DNA of 64,000 nt. Source: a virus. Taxonomy: Duplodnaviria; Caudoviricetes. The stretch's first letter is position 1. The number at the start of each line of letters is the position of its first letter. The stretch is from the IMG/VR virus record IMGVR_UViG_3300008262_000055; one strand, given 5' to 3'. The translations under genes and the position numbers were made by a program. The notes beneath the pieces were generated by a model. That model searched no databases, had not been told where the DNA came from, and saw nothing but the letters and a program-made list of their open reading frames with translations. Shown in pieces: positions 38,801-46,476 of this stretch.

Positions 38801-41515
38801 ATTGAATATCAGAAAAACAATGAAATACTAGATAGTCTAAACAGAATAGACAAATACTATAAACCTAAAGACGGACAGTTAGGTGTAGAAAAAATTAGAA
38901 TTGATGATACTGAAGGCAGCGAAGTAGTTTCTGATTATTCTCAGTTAATCACAGGTATTGATTACGGCGGCACTATTGTTCAAGGAGCCACTTTTGACAT
39001 TGGTGCGGGCTGGGATGCTCTACCTTGGTTTACTGAAGGATGGGATAGTTCCGAAGTTAACGAAACTGATTTCTACTTCCTAGTTGACGGAAGCACTACT
39101 TCGGTGTTATTACCCGAGGTTCCTAAACAAGGCATAGACATCAATATCTACGTTAAAAGAGTAACTACAGGAAAAACAGTAAGATTAGATTTTGAAACTT
39201 ATAATGAATATCAGTTAGGTGATAGTTCTTATAGTGGTGAAGTTCCGCCCGAAACAGCAATAATGAATACATTTGTTGGCGACGGTTCTACAGCATCAAT
39301 AATAATTCCTCAAGCAGCAAATTTAGAATCTGGAGATTTATTAATCTTCCGTCCATCTACCAGCGATGGCAGTTTAGTTATTGGCGGACGTAACAGCATA
39401 GACGCTTATATATCAGGCGGCTCTTTATCGGGAATGTCGGCATATTCGACTGCTACAGGAACCACTGCTGCTGAGATAGTACTTGACGGGGATAGACTTA
39501 TTAGTCCTGAACAAGTTCCTGCTCCTGAAGAAAATGTTCCAGGTCAGGTCTTGGAAGCATTGAGCATCAAGGTGTTTCATTCTTCAAGAAGCGGCTCTTC
39601 GGCTGTTAAATCTAAAATTTATATAGCTGACGGAAATACTGTTATTTTTGATATAGGACAAAAAATAATTGAAAAAACAAATATACTTGTATTTGTAGAT
39701 AAGTTTAAAAAGGATATCGATACAGAGTTTGTTATATTGTCAGAAAATAATTCTATTAGATTTATTGGAACAATACCTACTGCTGGTTCTGTTATTGAAA
39801 TTTTCACTATGGGAACAGGCGGCAAGGGAATATTAGACTATAGAGAATTTACCGGCACAGGCAACGATAGATATTTTATTACAGGGGCATCATTTAACGA
39901 AACGGTTACAGTATTTGCTAGTGTGGATAATCAGCCAGTTGATGTTGGATTTATTAATAGTGCTCAACTTACTGACACTCAAGATAAAACTCTTGTAGAA
40001 TTTGGAGTAGCACCTACCGAAGGTTCTAGAATAGTATTAATAGCTTTGAATACAGACCAACGCCCGTTAGTTAAAATTAATCATGTTGAAATACCCCTTG
40101 ACGAAGCAATTAAAGAATATGCTATACCGACTTTTAGCGGATTAGATATTGATCCAGCTGGCGACATGTTGGTAGAAATAAATGGTGAATTATTACGAAC
40201 TGTTGAAACAACCTATAAGATTTATGACGGAAACAATAATATACAAATAGGTGTTGATACTCCGAGAGATCCAGGAACAGTTATTTTTACTGATTTAAAA
40301 GTATTTGTTGATAATCAACTAAAAACATTTGGTATTGATTTTACATTTACGTCTGAAAACAACACAGTTACTTTTATTAAACCAATAACACTAGGAGCTG
40401 TTATACGTATAGAAGATTCGTCTGGTAGACAATATTCTATAGCAGATACAAATATTGTTTTAGAGCAGTTTACAGAATACTCAACTGGCGATACTTTATC
40501 TATAACTTGGTTTGAAAGATATACAGAATTAGATATTGTTAAAGATGAATTTAATGGCGGAAAAGTTAGTTTCTCTTTACAAAGACCTCTAATAGGAATT
40601 TCATATGTATGGGTATACAAGAACGGTATTCGACTAACGCCCGACATTGACTTTTATGTAGAATTACCAAGGGCTATATATCTAAGACAAGAAACAACTG
40701 AATCTGATATAATTGAAACTATTAGTTTTGGAGATCGTTTATACAAGCAGCCGTTATCTTTTGAAATATTCAAAGATGTGCTGAATAGAAATCATTACAA
40801 CAGATACAGAGTACTTGATCTAAAACTTGATAAAGATTTTAACTATTTTGATAATGAAATTACGCTTGTAGATGCTAGTCCGTTAGCAAGTCCATCAAAA
40901 GATCAGCCAGGTATAATAACTATACAGGGAGAAAAAATTCAGTACTACGAAAAAATTGGAAATGTGCTAAAAAATATTAGAAGAGGACTTTTTGGAACTG
41001 CTATTAGAGCAGTCTACCCAAAAAATACTCTTGTAGTTGATACTGGTTTCTTAGAGTTTATTCCTTATCAAGAAGCACAAGAAAAAGAAGATTTTATTTC
41101 GGACGGTACATCCCTATTAGTAGGGCCTTTAAATTTCCTACCAGGAAAAGCTAATATCAGTAACTGGTACAGAAATACTATTCCTACAAACTTTGGAAGA
41201 TGTGATCAGATTGAAGTTTTTGTGGGTGGAAGAAGACTTCGAAAAGATGCTACTAAAATTTATGATTCTACAGTAGGTGCTTATAGCCCTGCGGGAGATA
41301 TTGACATAGAAGCAGAATTTTCCGTAGACGGAATTAATGAAAACATAAGATTGACATACCCAGTTCCAGCAGGAACACGTATTACAGTTATCCGCAGACA
41401 AGGTAGATTGTGGTATGATAGGGGAGCATCGACTGCTACAACCGGCCAAGGACTCAGCTATAGTAATACCGCTATCGCTAAGTTCTTACAAAATAGCAGT
41501 ACAAAATTACCATAA
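26843..41515 (+). CDS. Giant (4890 aa) virion structural protein, baseplate wedge gp7-like/adhesin
   Basis: Follows the gp6-like gene; repeated W/Y-x-Y-x-x-G-D-x-V-x-Y modules, FG-GAP-like blades and many beta-sandwich repeats. Confidence 0.75.
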   Translation: MSNKIFKKSELPVRRTVDLLPDIFKTSTNDKFLSTTLDALVQPGTLERLSGFVGRRYGKTFNSQDIYVDVEKSLRSSYQLEPAVVIESGQKVKKVYDYVDLKNQLKFFNNLSERDDLATYQEQYSWNPPIDWDKFINYREYYWLPVGPETVSVAGQAENVISSYRVRSDGQNEWLFYPDGLKRNPQLTLYRGQTYIFDVNSPGDPFVIRSGNLKGNQENYNKGVTNNGIEVGTITFEVPLDAPELLYYQSENNINRVGSFVIASVLENSFIDVEKEILGKVNYTSSNNIKFTNGLKVQFVGKVQPAIYNDSLWLVEGVGESIKLVNFAELEIPPIISNEIEITFDDGGFDTLPFDDASSYPTQKDYITINKSSKDKNPWARYNRWFHRDVIEYAANINGVPPSLTETDRAKRPIIEFLPNIQLFNHGSTPKKTVDLIDDFTKDVFSTIEGSAGYNIDGQSVEDGDRILFLNDTDPFVKNKIFEVKIITVQTSTNTINRTQISLVETNDTDPIIGEAIIISKGSVLNKGRMYHYDGEQWVRSQTKTSINQFPLFDLFDDEGVSFSDNQKYETSTFAGSELISYKIGNGPVDKELGFSLSYLNINNSGDILFEVDFEKDSFLYQQSGQTINKLSASGFFKNHQTEEFFNGWIKTNPNLRQPILDTFIIESDTNSITSSACIWSGNATEHILFYINGKKINTSFTSTFVADTRTFVFDQTLKAGETVTLKIFTTDEPNLGYYEIPNSLEKNPLNENLEQFTLGQANDHLKTMIEVDTGFQGEFPGASNIRDIVNYRQNGSRFMKRASLGVLAFPLLCDKDINLIKSIRHAANEYEKFKNNFITLASELDFDQRSIVEFVDKILDKMSKSNVIDFPFATSDMIGSGAYKVINYTVEDEGITTFALNEKFDLDTNSSRAVYVYVNDIQMLHGFDYVFDSTFGFVKLLVNLNENDRIEIREYLTTTYNFIPETPTKLGLYKKFTPRIYLDDTLVEPTEVIQGHDGSITIAFGDLRDDIILELEKRIYNNLKIKYDTEIFDVDRFFKGYHGQAIYDVSTIDDVIETDFLKWSNNLGIDIYKNEVYQSENPFTYTYFRATDRNKKLKLPQYWRGIYKFLYDTDRPHTCPWEMLGFSEKPLWWEEEYGPAPYTKGNLLLWEDLEQGIIRQGPTTGANPRYAKPGLLDYIPVDDHGNLLSPQDASAIIDYSLNKINEDFQFGDYGPVENSWRRSSLYPFSIITAACLLTPFEFISTNFNRNKIVKNKLDQLIDKDTGTFIDKQTLTSSVDSDPSGLFTYIQNYLKFNAIDISLLSNTISNLDVRISHKIGGFVEKARQRYILDSKSPTSKSPAVFIPPEDFQIIFNTGSVAKSISYSGIVIEKVDGGFKLFGYDKLNSYFSTYEPYTRVDDPTISVGGVSEKYVDWDAEKFYGKGSLVRYQGLYYRCTVNHLSANSFQNENFTVLPALPIVNDVTAIKRTTFNKFLVKRIPYNAFFSTIQQVVDVILGYSEWLVDQGIVFDDFNKELLVPNDWMLSVQEFMFWTSHNWAVGALITLSPAATLLKIVNAGSVADNILDNFYEYNIFKNDGTKIPASDIQVYRGYNEFILTPLDTQATGIYFAKINFVQKEHVAIFNDRTMFGDVIFDKGPGYRQDRMKLVGFRTTDWDGDYTSPGFIYDSADINPWQAFTDYKLGDIVQYREYYYVSKVSQTGSSDFNFNNWERLDSIPTPSLVANIDYKINQIEDYYELGYQGIDDTEKELARHSIGYQKRGYLDELAQDEVTQFRIYQGFIREKGTTNSITKIFDKLSSLDQDAIEMNEEWAFLMGTFGGSSQFKELELLLNQKDIRLNPQPIIIDSRGLSKSNYQNYILIGSNDFTIGGPEYTFPTKSYPVTESSAGYVYSGDVDFVVKTRTNLYALDITELKDGSKVWVTFDNPGWSVLRYTITDIIIGAVAVVDTTSVALECNKPHGLKVDDIIGINNIKYLEGFWRVKAVDPNTVIIEIAGFDEEPVIDQSSFATISIFETLRVGQYSDLISDRFAAYKEGTRVWLDDNGEGKWEVLEKKRIYKPVDVANYGVAFPTGSGKDVLFLEARNQIISSNPGQVVPAGEVIRESAVVVYGQSEEGLIPLQILNPNSNLRSIFLGSYGEVLASSKDGRWLMVGSPTVSYIPSNYKEVFSPTATYNPGDTVLFAGKLYQAQTTVVGDGSTINIDSQDWKPATEHLANPLGIGLYDVNQGYRQQGALEIFEYDEIFSQYQLRHTIISPRPAHGEKFSSTISLSKREGIEGTSGDVTLTVASIDSVGGILEVSAQGESGLEDARFSNVSGSDISLPGSNATFDVQKTNNTYSVLVRTGGSRYAIGDRIKITGSNLLGLTPFNDLIITVVAVTATGEIVGSATYNNIKGINSILPDEEATFRVTKSGNRYAVTRTSAGSGYSSRSIVRYSGRLYACIKDTRIDLGVWNPSRTYQPGDVVKYPANSTAYYTATGLNTGIVPTDTSKWENALPIFPTNQAYWEQVSGAVFAETAVEWSDLDLTGNKIRYTAGSIIVIPGSELGGEDGEHNITIRVNLVTANSAIDNFSFRGTASSGIIWSGTATAGERQFNDLQGEDVSDPGQGAIFDLVREDGRYNAIVNVAGTRYNVGDQIRILGSTLGGVEEAYYMVVGAPGSKDDMGRSYLYKFDGVSWKHLDDPNFVGIYSSTKNYPIGSRVWYNSDYWQALSNIPAVPNNQPGAGDWEKIAEVTNSILPPSLAYADDGSTIQQPANGDIEFLNIGSSYGTFSAFNKDGSLMVISAPANDTASFENFKGVWRNNINYLAGDTVRRGTFYYNCLVDNINSIPEFSSSTWQENSDSTLGKTGSVFVYEKTSNETFTLIQTIDSDEIELEAGDEFGHKVVLNQEGTRLFVSAPNFDYLGKDQGSVFVFDKTTSGFVLKQKLNGLIMEPGERFGSNVSVSPDGVTLAISAEGAASYKTTIFDRGNTAFDRFVTRFRDSQGKTGKVYVYTNYTGSFVLSEILDQGLNTDEDFGRGLSVSNNSIIVGSPSFISEDPAFEAVRIGRLQKFDKIPNSKPWFTIKQQDDQVNIDLLKNFSFYDKFNNVKLADVDILDPAKGKILSLADQYIDFKTSFDPAVYSVGTEESATDPKQSWQLDKVGTIWWDLSAVKWALYEQNSLSFRNGNWGSTAVGSSVDVYEWVESSYSPSEWNALTGTTEGFSLGITGTARYGDDTNYSVKTNFDTITGLPSGSMYYYWVKNKTTVPEDLDRDLSANQIANYISAPSSAGIPYALLTSKNTFSLVNFNSVIDDDEFLVNIQFYDQEKEINLIHNEYQLLAEGTIQVPNLELENKWIDSLIGEDIAGQAVPDRKLPVKLRYGISSRPRQSMFINRNKAVSLIIDYVNDILKKKPFAEIIDYGNLNLQDEKPALTKNLYDQVLETEKELRFIATSKIKTAKLKANIVNGHINTVDVIDGGYGYKTAPDIKILGSGSGAKFKPTLDNRGSITSVEVINQGKKYLTANLIVRPFSVLVSQDSSVNNFWSIYSLDEKNKEFYRTATQSFDTKNFWKKVDWWLQPFNEKSKIKKTIAGLYEEASVDLAIGDLLRLENYGIGGWAVLERVNATDADISGKYKLVGRKLGTIQIINGFYNTDVESTGYDLSQAFDSNKYDSSASIEFRNILKAVKEDIFKEDLSVEWNKLFFVSLRYVFSEQLYVDWAFKTSFLNAVHNVGILEQKLNYKNDNLSSYQSYIEEVKPYRTKIRNYISKYFNVELANQLTTDFDLPPVWNPETSSIDVIGSNSNQLSQYPWKLWVDNNHYSVVDIKIVSPGKNYSSVPQIIFDGGNGTGAQAQAYISNGKISKIVVTNPGSGYISAPTVMIVGGVGSEIQNAARAVAIIGDSKVRTFDMKMKFDRISKTPKFKSYSFNEKFIEIETFNASAKQTTYKLKYPLSLDKSTITVTLDGSRLLSSQYSVTLTEELINSKTELIGRLILNSAPDEASIVVIEYQKNNEILDSLNRIDKYYKPKDGQLGVEKIRIDDTEGSEVVSDYSQLITGIDYGGTIVQGATFDIGAGWDALPWFTEGWDSSEVNETDFYFLVDGSTTSVLLPEVPKQGIDINIYVKRVTTGKTVRLDFETYNEYQLGDSSYSGEVPPETAIMNTFVGDGSTASIIIPQAANLESGDLLIFRPSTSDGSLVIGGRNSIDAYISGGSLSGMSAYSTATGTTAAEIVLDGDRLISPEQVPAPEENVPGQVLEALSIKVFHSSRSGSSAVKSKIYIADGNTVIFDIGQKIIEKTNILVFVDKFKKDIDTEFVILSENNSIRFIGTIPTAGSVIEIFTMGTGGKGILDYREFTGTGNDRYFITGASFNETVTVFASVDNQPVDVGFINSAQLTDTQDKTLVEFGVAPTEGSRIVLIALNTDQRPLVKINHVEIPLDEAIKEYAIPTFSGLDIDPAGDMLVEINGELLRTVETTYKIYDGNNNIQIGVDTPRDPGTVIFTDLKVFVDNQLKTFGIDFTFTSENNTVTFIKPITLGAVIRIEDSSGRQYSIADTNIVLEQFTEYSTGDTLSITWFERYTELDIVKDEFNGGKVSFSLQRPLIGISYVWVYKNGIRLTPDIDFYVELPRAIYLRQETTESDIIETISFGDRLYKQPLSFEIFKDVLNRNHYNRYRVLDLKLDKDFNYFDNEITLVDASPLASPSKDQPGIITIQGEKIQYYEKIGNVLKNIRRGLFGTAIRAVYPKNTLVVDTGFLEFIPYQEAQEKEDFISDGTSLLVGPLNFLPGKANISNWYRNTIPTNFGRCDQIEVFVGGRRLRKDATKIYDSTVGAYSPAGDIDIEAEFSVDGINENIRLTYPVPAGTRITVIRRQGRLWYDRGASTATTGQGLSYSNTAIAKFLQNSSTKLP

Positions 41516-41521
41516 TAAATA
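41514..41521 (+). promoter_or_regulatory. Late promoter (AATAAATA)
   Basis: 6 nt before the ATG at 41528. Confidence 0.55.
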
Positions 41522-41527
41522 CATGAT

Positions 41528-42190
41528 ATGAATAAAGACGAGTCAAACACTATGCTAGAACAACCAACACAACAGCAACCTTACGATAAAAAACCAGACG
41601 AAACTGGCGGTTTTCACGTAGAAGGGCATATAAAGATTTTTGATCCAGAAAATGGAGAGATTTTTATTGATAAAAGAAACGCTATCCACTATGAAAATAT
41701 GAGTGTTGCTATGGCACAATCATTATCTAACCAGTTACAGGGGTGGATATCAGAAATGGTATTTGGCAACGGAGGAACTGTTGTAGACCCTACCGGACTA
41801 ATTACCTATCTAACTCCAAACACTAACGGAACTAATTCAAGTCTTTATTCTCAAACATACAGTAAAGTAGTAGACCAAAACTCTGCTACAAACAACGATC
41901 CTGTTAGGAATAAAATGGAAATTCGCCATGTAACTGGTGCTACCTATACAGACATTGTTGTATCATGTCTATTAGATTATGGTGAGCCAGAAAATCAAGA
42001 AGCATTTGACAATTCTGTAGATATGGCAGGCGATTTTGTTTTTGATGAATTAGGTTTAAAAGCTGCCGGAACAGGCAAATTGCTAACACATGTTATATTC
42101 CATCCTGTACAAAAATCTTTAAATCGATTAATACAGATTGATTATACTATTAGAATACAGAGCCTAACAGGCTTTACTGAGGTACAATAA
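41528..42190 (+). CDS. Virion structural protein (baseplate/fibre attachment)
   Basis: 220 aa beta-rich ORF between the giant wedge protein and the fibre genes. Confidence 0.6.
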   Translation: MNKDESNTMLEQPTQQQPYDKKPDETGGFHVEGHIKIFDPENGEIFIDKRNAIHYENMSVAMAQSLSNQLQGWISEMVFGNGGTVVDPTGLITYLTPNTNGTNSSLYSQTYSKVVDQNSATNNDPVRNKMEIRHVTGATYTDIVVSCLLDYGEPENQEAFDNSVDMAGDFVFDELGLKAAGTGKLLTHVIFHPVQKSLNRLIQIDYTIRIQSLTGFTEVQ

Positions 42191-44385
42191 TGGCATATAA
42201 AGTATTTTTTACCGACAGCACATTACATCCAGAACCGTTAGACGTTCCAGACAATTTTCCTAACACGTCAACTAGTATTTCTATCCCTGGTAGAAATCAA
42301 ACAGGATACGGAAAAATTATTGCTGAAAATTTTATTCATTTACTTGAAAATTTTGCTAGTGGTTCGGCACCAGAAACATCTAAATCCGTTATAGGACAAC
42401 TGTGGTTTAATTCAGATGAAAATAAACTTTACGTGTATGATGGAATAGAATATAAGACAACCAGCAACATCAGCACAGGGGTTAATGAACCAACCGGTGC
42501 TAGTCTTGGAGACTTATGGGTAAACTCTAGTACCCAACAATTATATCTATGGTCTGGAACTAACTGGGTTTTAATTGGACCACAATTTAGTGAAGGTACA
42601 AAATCGGGACCATTAGTTGAAACTATTCTTGACATCGATAACATTGAAAGAACAGTTATTGTATTTTACACTAAAGATATACCAGTAAGTATTGTTAGTA
42701 AAGATGATTTTATTCCTAAAGTTGTTATTCAAGGTTTTCCAGAAATTGGAGCAGGTATAAATGTTACCGCTAGAACAGATATTTCTGAAGAAGTAGTATT
42801 GCCTAGATTAATAGGTATAGCTAGATCAGCACAAAATTTATTAGTAGCAGATGAGGAAATACCATCTTCTAGATTTATTAGAAGTGACGAATCAGGAACA
42901 ATACAGGCAACACTAGCTGTAAGGGACGATGCTGGGTTATTTGTAGGTACTAACGGTAATATTAACTTATCGGTAAGATCGTCTAACGGTACACTGTATA
43001 ATTCTACTCCCGGTGCTGCTATTGATTTACAAACAACAAGAACTGGTGCCGCTGGATTACCAACAACTGTTGTAAAAATAGTTGAAGACAGAGTAGGTAT
43101 TAACAACACCAATCCTCAGCAACCTTTAGATGTTGGTGGTAATGTAAAAATAGCGGGAGAAATAATTAATACTTCCGAACAGCAGTCATCTAATTTAAGC
43201 AACGGTGCTATACAAACTGCTGGCGGTATGGCCGTAGCAAAAAATCTTAATGTTGGCGGAGACCTTTCGGTATTAAGCGGAAATATTTTTTCTAAATCTA
43301 TTAAACCGTTAACAGGCTCTGAAACAATCGGAGATGCTTCTAATAGGTATAGTACAGTTTATGCTAACACCATTGACGCTTCAATTATTAAAGGTAACCT
43401 AAGCGGTAACCTTGCTGGTAATGCCCAAACAGCAACATCTTTACAATCGGCAACTAATTTTAAGTTAGAAGGCGATATTTCTAGTAACGTAGTAGTATTC
43501 AATGGTACAGGAAATCTTACAAAAACATTTGTTACTACTCTAACATCTGATATTATTTCTACAAAATCTGCGTTAGGTAATGTACGAGATACAGATGAAT
43601 TATTAGTATATAGAAGTACTCTTGGTCTTCGTAAGATGACTAGAGAAACCTTTATTGATGACGCAGGTGTTCCACTTGGGGCAGTGTTGCCTTATGCTGG
43701 GACTACAGCACCAATTGGTTATCTACTTTGTGATGGTTCAGAATATGAAGCTTATAGATTTAGAGATTTGTATGATATAATCGGAGCAAATGTAAACTAT
43801 AAAAATTTAGGAAGAACAGTTAATCTTGACTTAAAAGGCTCAGACAAGGGTGCTACTTTCCGTGTACCAGATCTGCGAGGCAGATTTGTTTTAGGTAAAC
43901 AGGATATGAACGCAGATACAACTGTTCCTTATCCAGGCGGAAATAACAGTCCTGCAGCAGAAACTCCGTTATCTGAAGTAGGGGGTAACAGAGTAGCAGA
44001 TACTGCTTCAGCAAATAGTTTAGGTAGAGCAGGCGGTGCTGATCAATACACGTTACAAACACCAAACGTCCCTGATCACGAACATGATATGTATGGTAGA
44101 TCTAGTGCTAACATCAGAGCTACGCAATATTATGCCATTACAGAAACACCTACAGCTAATTTAGATTATCAACCAGGTGGATCTGTTTCTAATGTGAGAA
44201 TAGAAGGCGGAACAGCAACTAACGGAGCACAAGCAATGGCATCATCTGGTTTAGTCAAAGTCACAGATGAAAATAAAAGAAGACCAGGTTTTGCTGATTC
44301 GCAAACGGGTAAACCTTTTACAGTAATGAATCCGTTCCTTACTTTAAATTACATTATTCGAAGCGGTAGACCTTCTAATGATTAA
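42190..44385 (+). CDS. Tail fibre 1 with tail collar domain
   Basis: Shared N-terminal module GYG...ENF.HLLENFA..GQLW; collar motif PLGAVLPYAG...GYLLCDG...FRVPDLRGRF; C-terminal NPFLTLNYIIR. Confidence 0.85.
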   Translation: MAYKVFFTDSTLHPEPLDVPDNFPNTSTSISIPGRNQTGYGKIIAENFIHLLENFASGSAPETSKSVIGQLWFNSDENKLYVYDGIEYKTTSNISTGVNEPTGASLGDLWVNSSTQQLYLWSGTNWVLIGPQFSEGTKSGPLVETILDIDNIERTVIVFYTKDIPVSIVSKDDFIPKVVIQGFPEIGAGINVTARTDISEEVVLPRLIGIARSAQNLLVADEEIPSSRFIRSDESGTIQATLAVRDDAGLFVGTNGNINLSVRSSNGTLYNSTPGAAIDLQTTRTGAAGLPTTVVKIVEDRVGINNTNPQQPLDVGGNVKIAGEIINTSEQQSSNLSNGAIQTAGGMAVAKNLNVGGDLSVLSGNIFSKSIKPLTGSETIGDASNRYSTVYANTIDASIIKGNLSGNLAGNAQTATSLQSATNFKLEGDISSNVVVFNGTGNLTKTFVTTLTSDIISTKSALGNVRDTDELLVYRSTLGLRKMTRETFIDDAGVPLGAVLPYAGTTAPIGYLLCDGSEYEAYRFRDLYDIIGANVNYKNLGRTVNLDLKGSDKGATFRVPDLRGRFVLGKQDMNADTTVPYPGGNNSPAAETPLSEVGGNRVADTASANSLGRAGGADQYTLQTPNVPDHEHDMYGRSSANIRATQYYAITETPTANLDYQPGGSVSNVRIEGGTATNGAQAMASSGLVKVTDENKRRPGFADSQTGKPFTVMNPFLTLNYIIRSGRPSND

Positions 44386-44397
44386 CGGAGCGATTTA

Positions 44398-46464
44398 ATG
44401 GCCTATACAGTAAACAAAACAGACGGATCAATAGTAGCTACAGTAGCTGACGGTCAGATAGATCAAGGATCGACCGATTTAACTTTAATAGGAAAAAACT
44501 TTAGCGGTTTTGGTGACTATCTTAATGAAAATTTTGTACACCTACTAGAAAATTTTGCTGGACAGTCTCAACCAAATCAACCTTTGCTGGGACAATTATG
44601 GTATGACACAACAGAAAACAGAATTAAAGTCTATTCAGGTAATGAATGGAAATCTGTAGGAACTGCTGCGTTATCTATCGCACGACCTTTAGATATCAGT
44701 ACTGGTGATTTTTGGTTCAACACATCATTAGCACAGTTATTTTTCTTTGATGGCAACCAAGATACACTAGTAGCTCCTATATATAGTTCGTCCCAAAATA
44801 CCAGCGGATTTAGAATAGAAACAGTTGAAGATTCGGACAGAAGAAATAAAATTATATCTGGTGTTTATAATGCTGGAAGATTAATGGGGTATTTTAGTGC
44901 CCAGGAATTCACATTAAGAAATCCTATATCAGATTACAATACAGCTAATCAAAACGGCGAAACTATACCCAATACTTTAATTAAGATTGGATTTAATCCA
45001 GCAGATACTTCTTTTAAATGGCAAGGCACTACTTATAATTCTGATAGGTTAGGAGAAGTAGATTCGTCAAATTATGTAAGAAAAGATTTAGCTAACGTTC
45101 TTACAGCAGCTTTAACAGTTCAAAACAATGAAGGATTATTTTTTGGAACAGGTCCTCAGGGTCAATTAGCTGTTGAAAATTTTAGAGATGTAACAATAAG
45201 AAACACATCAGATGAAGGAAGAATAACTTTAAGGGCTACACGGGCCGGAAATTTATTAAGTTATTTTTCAATTGCTCCTGATGCCAGCGGTTCAGATTTA
45301 ATTGAGATTGCCCCATCAAATCCTTTGAGCTTAACTACTATTGGCGGCAGTGTTGAAATTACAGGAAACCTAACAGTATTAGGGAATATGGTCAGTGTCG
45401 ATGTTTCAACACTAAGAGTAGAAGATAAAAATATAGAACTTGGTAAAAAATCCGACAATACAAACATCACCGACGCTCAAGCCTATGGTGGCGGGATTGT
45501 ATTAAAAGGGGATACTGATCATTATATTGTTTGGAATCAAGTTGAATCAGCAGTAACCGATGAACAAGATTGGGACTTTAGTGAAAACATCGATATTCCT
45601 TCTACCCGTTCTTATAAGATAGGCGGTGTTGAAGTTTTACGAAACAACGGTGTTACTATAGAATTAACATCGGCAGTGACAACAGCTCCGGGATTAGTTA
45701 GTTTTGGATCGCAAACATCACTTACAGCAGACAATATCACAATCGACGATAATAGGATTTCTAATAATGGACGTACAACTCCATATGTAAACGGAGATCC
45801 TGCTAACCCTACTAATTTAGTTTTTGAACCGTTAGGTGATGTAGAATTTACAGGTAATCCTAGATTGCTAGGAATCGCCACTGACGGCGAAAATTCTCCA
45901 GATCAAACTCAAGAAGGATACACATATCTTTCTGTTAACGATCCTGATCAATTAGAACAAGCAACATCTAAAAAATATGTTACTAACCTAGTTAGAACTC
46001 GCAGTATTCCGTTAACTTTAGATATTACAAAAAATACTAACAGTGGACAAGGTACACAAGCAGAACAACCATTAACTAACGCAGAAATTATTGCTATAGT
46101 CACTGACATTTGTCCTCCAGATGAGTACGAAGAGAATACATTGTGTCGCATAGCAACTACTAGGTACTATCAAGAAGATATTGCCCAGCAAACATTTACT
46201 ATTAATTACTCTACTTTATATGAAGTTGATGGTTCTGAAACACCAGGCGGAGTAGAAACACCACATGGTGTTGTACTAGATATACAAAATCCTGTAGTAA
46301 TACCTGCTAAAGCACCACCACTGTTATTTGTAAGAAGAGGGTTGATAATATTAAAATTAGAAAATATTACATCGACGTTAATATGGACAGTTGACACTGC
46401 GTTGGTTGAAGATCCATCGCCATACGACATCCCGTATTCAACATACAGTACAAGATTACCATAA
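44398..46464 (+). CDS. Tail fibre 2
   Basis: LIGKNFSGFGDYLNENFVHLLENFA..P.LGQLWYD module; TLRVEDKNIELG fibre motif. Confidence 0.8.
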   Translation: MAYTVNKTDGSIVATVADGQIDQGSTDLTLIGKNFSGFGDYLNENFVHLLENFAGQSQPNQPLLGQLWYDTTENRIKVYSGNEWKSVGTAALSIARPLDISTGDFWFNTSLAQLFFFDGNQDTLVAPIYSSSQNTSGFRIETVEDSDRRNKIISGVYNAGRLMGYFSAQEFTLRNPISDYNTANQNGETIPNTLIKIGFNPADTSFKWQGTTYNSDRLGEVDSSNYVRKDLANVLTAALTVQNNEGLFFGTGPQGQLAVENFRDVTIRNTSDEGRITLRATRAGNLLSYFSIAPDASGSDLIEIAPSNPLSLTTIGGSVEITGNLTVLGNMVSVDVSTLRVEDKNIELGKKSDNTNITDAQAYGGGIVLKGDTDHYIVWNQVESAVTDEQDWDFSENIDIPSTRSYKIGGVEVLRNNGVTIELTSAVTTAPGLVSFGSQTSLTADNITIDDNRISNNGRTTPYVNGDPANPTNLVFEPLGDVEFTGNPRLLGIATDGENSPDQTQEGYTYLSVNDPDQLEQATSKKYVTNLVRTRSIPLTLDITKNTNSGQGTQAEQPLTNAEIIAIVTDICPPDEYEENTLCRIATTRYYQEDIAQQTFTINYSTLYEVDGSETPGGVETPHGVVLDIQNPVVIPAKAPPLLFVRRGLIILKLENITSTLIWTVDTALVEDPSPYDIPYSTYSTRLP

Positions 46465-46476
46465 TGGAAGAGCGAC

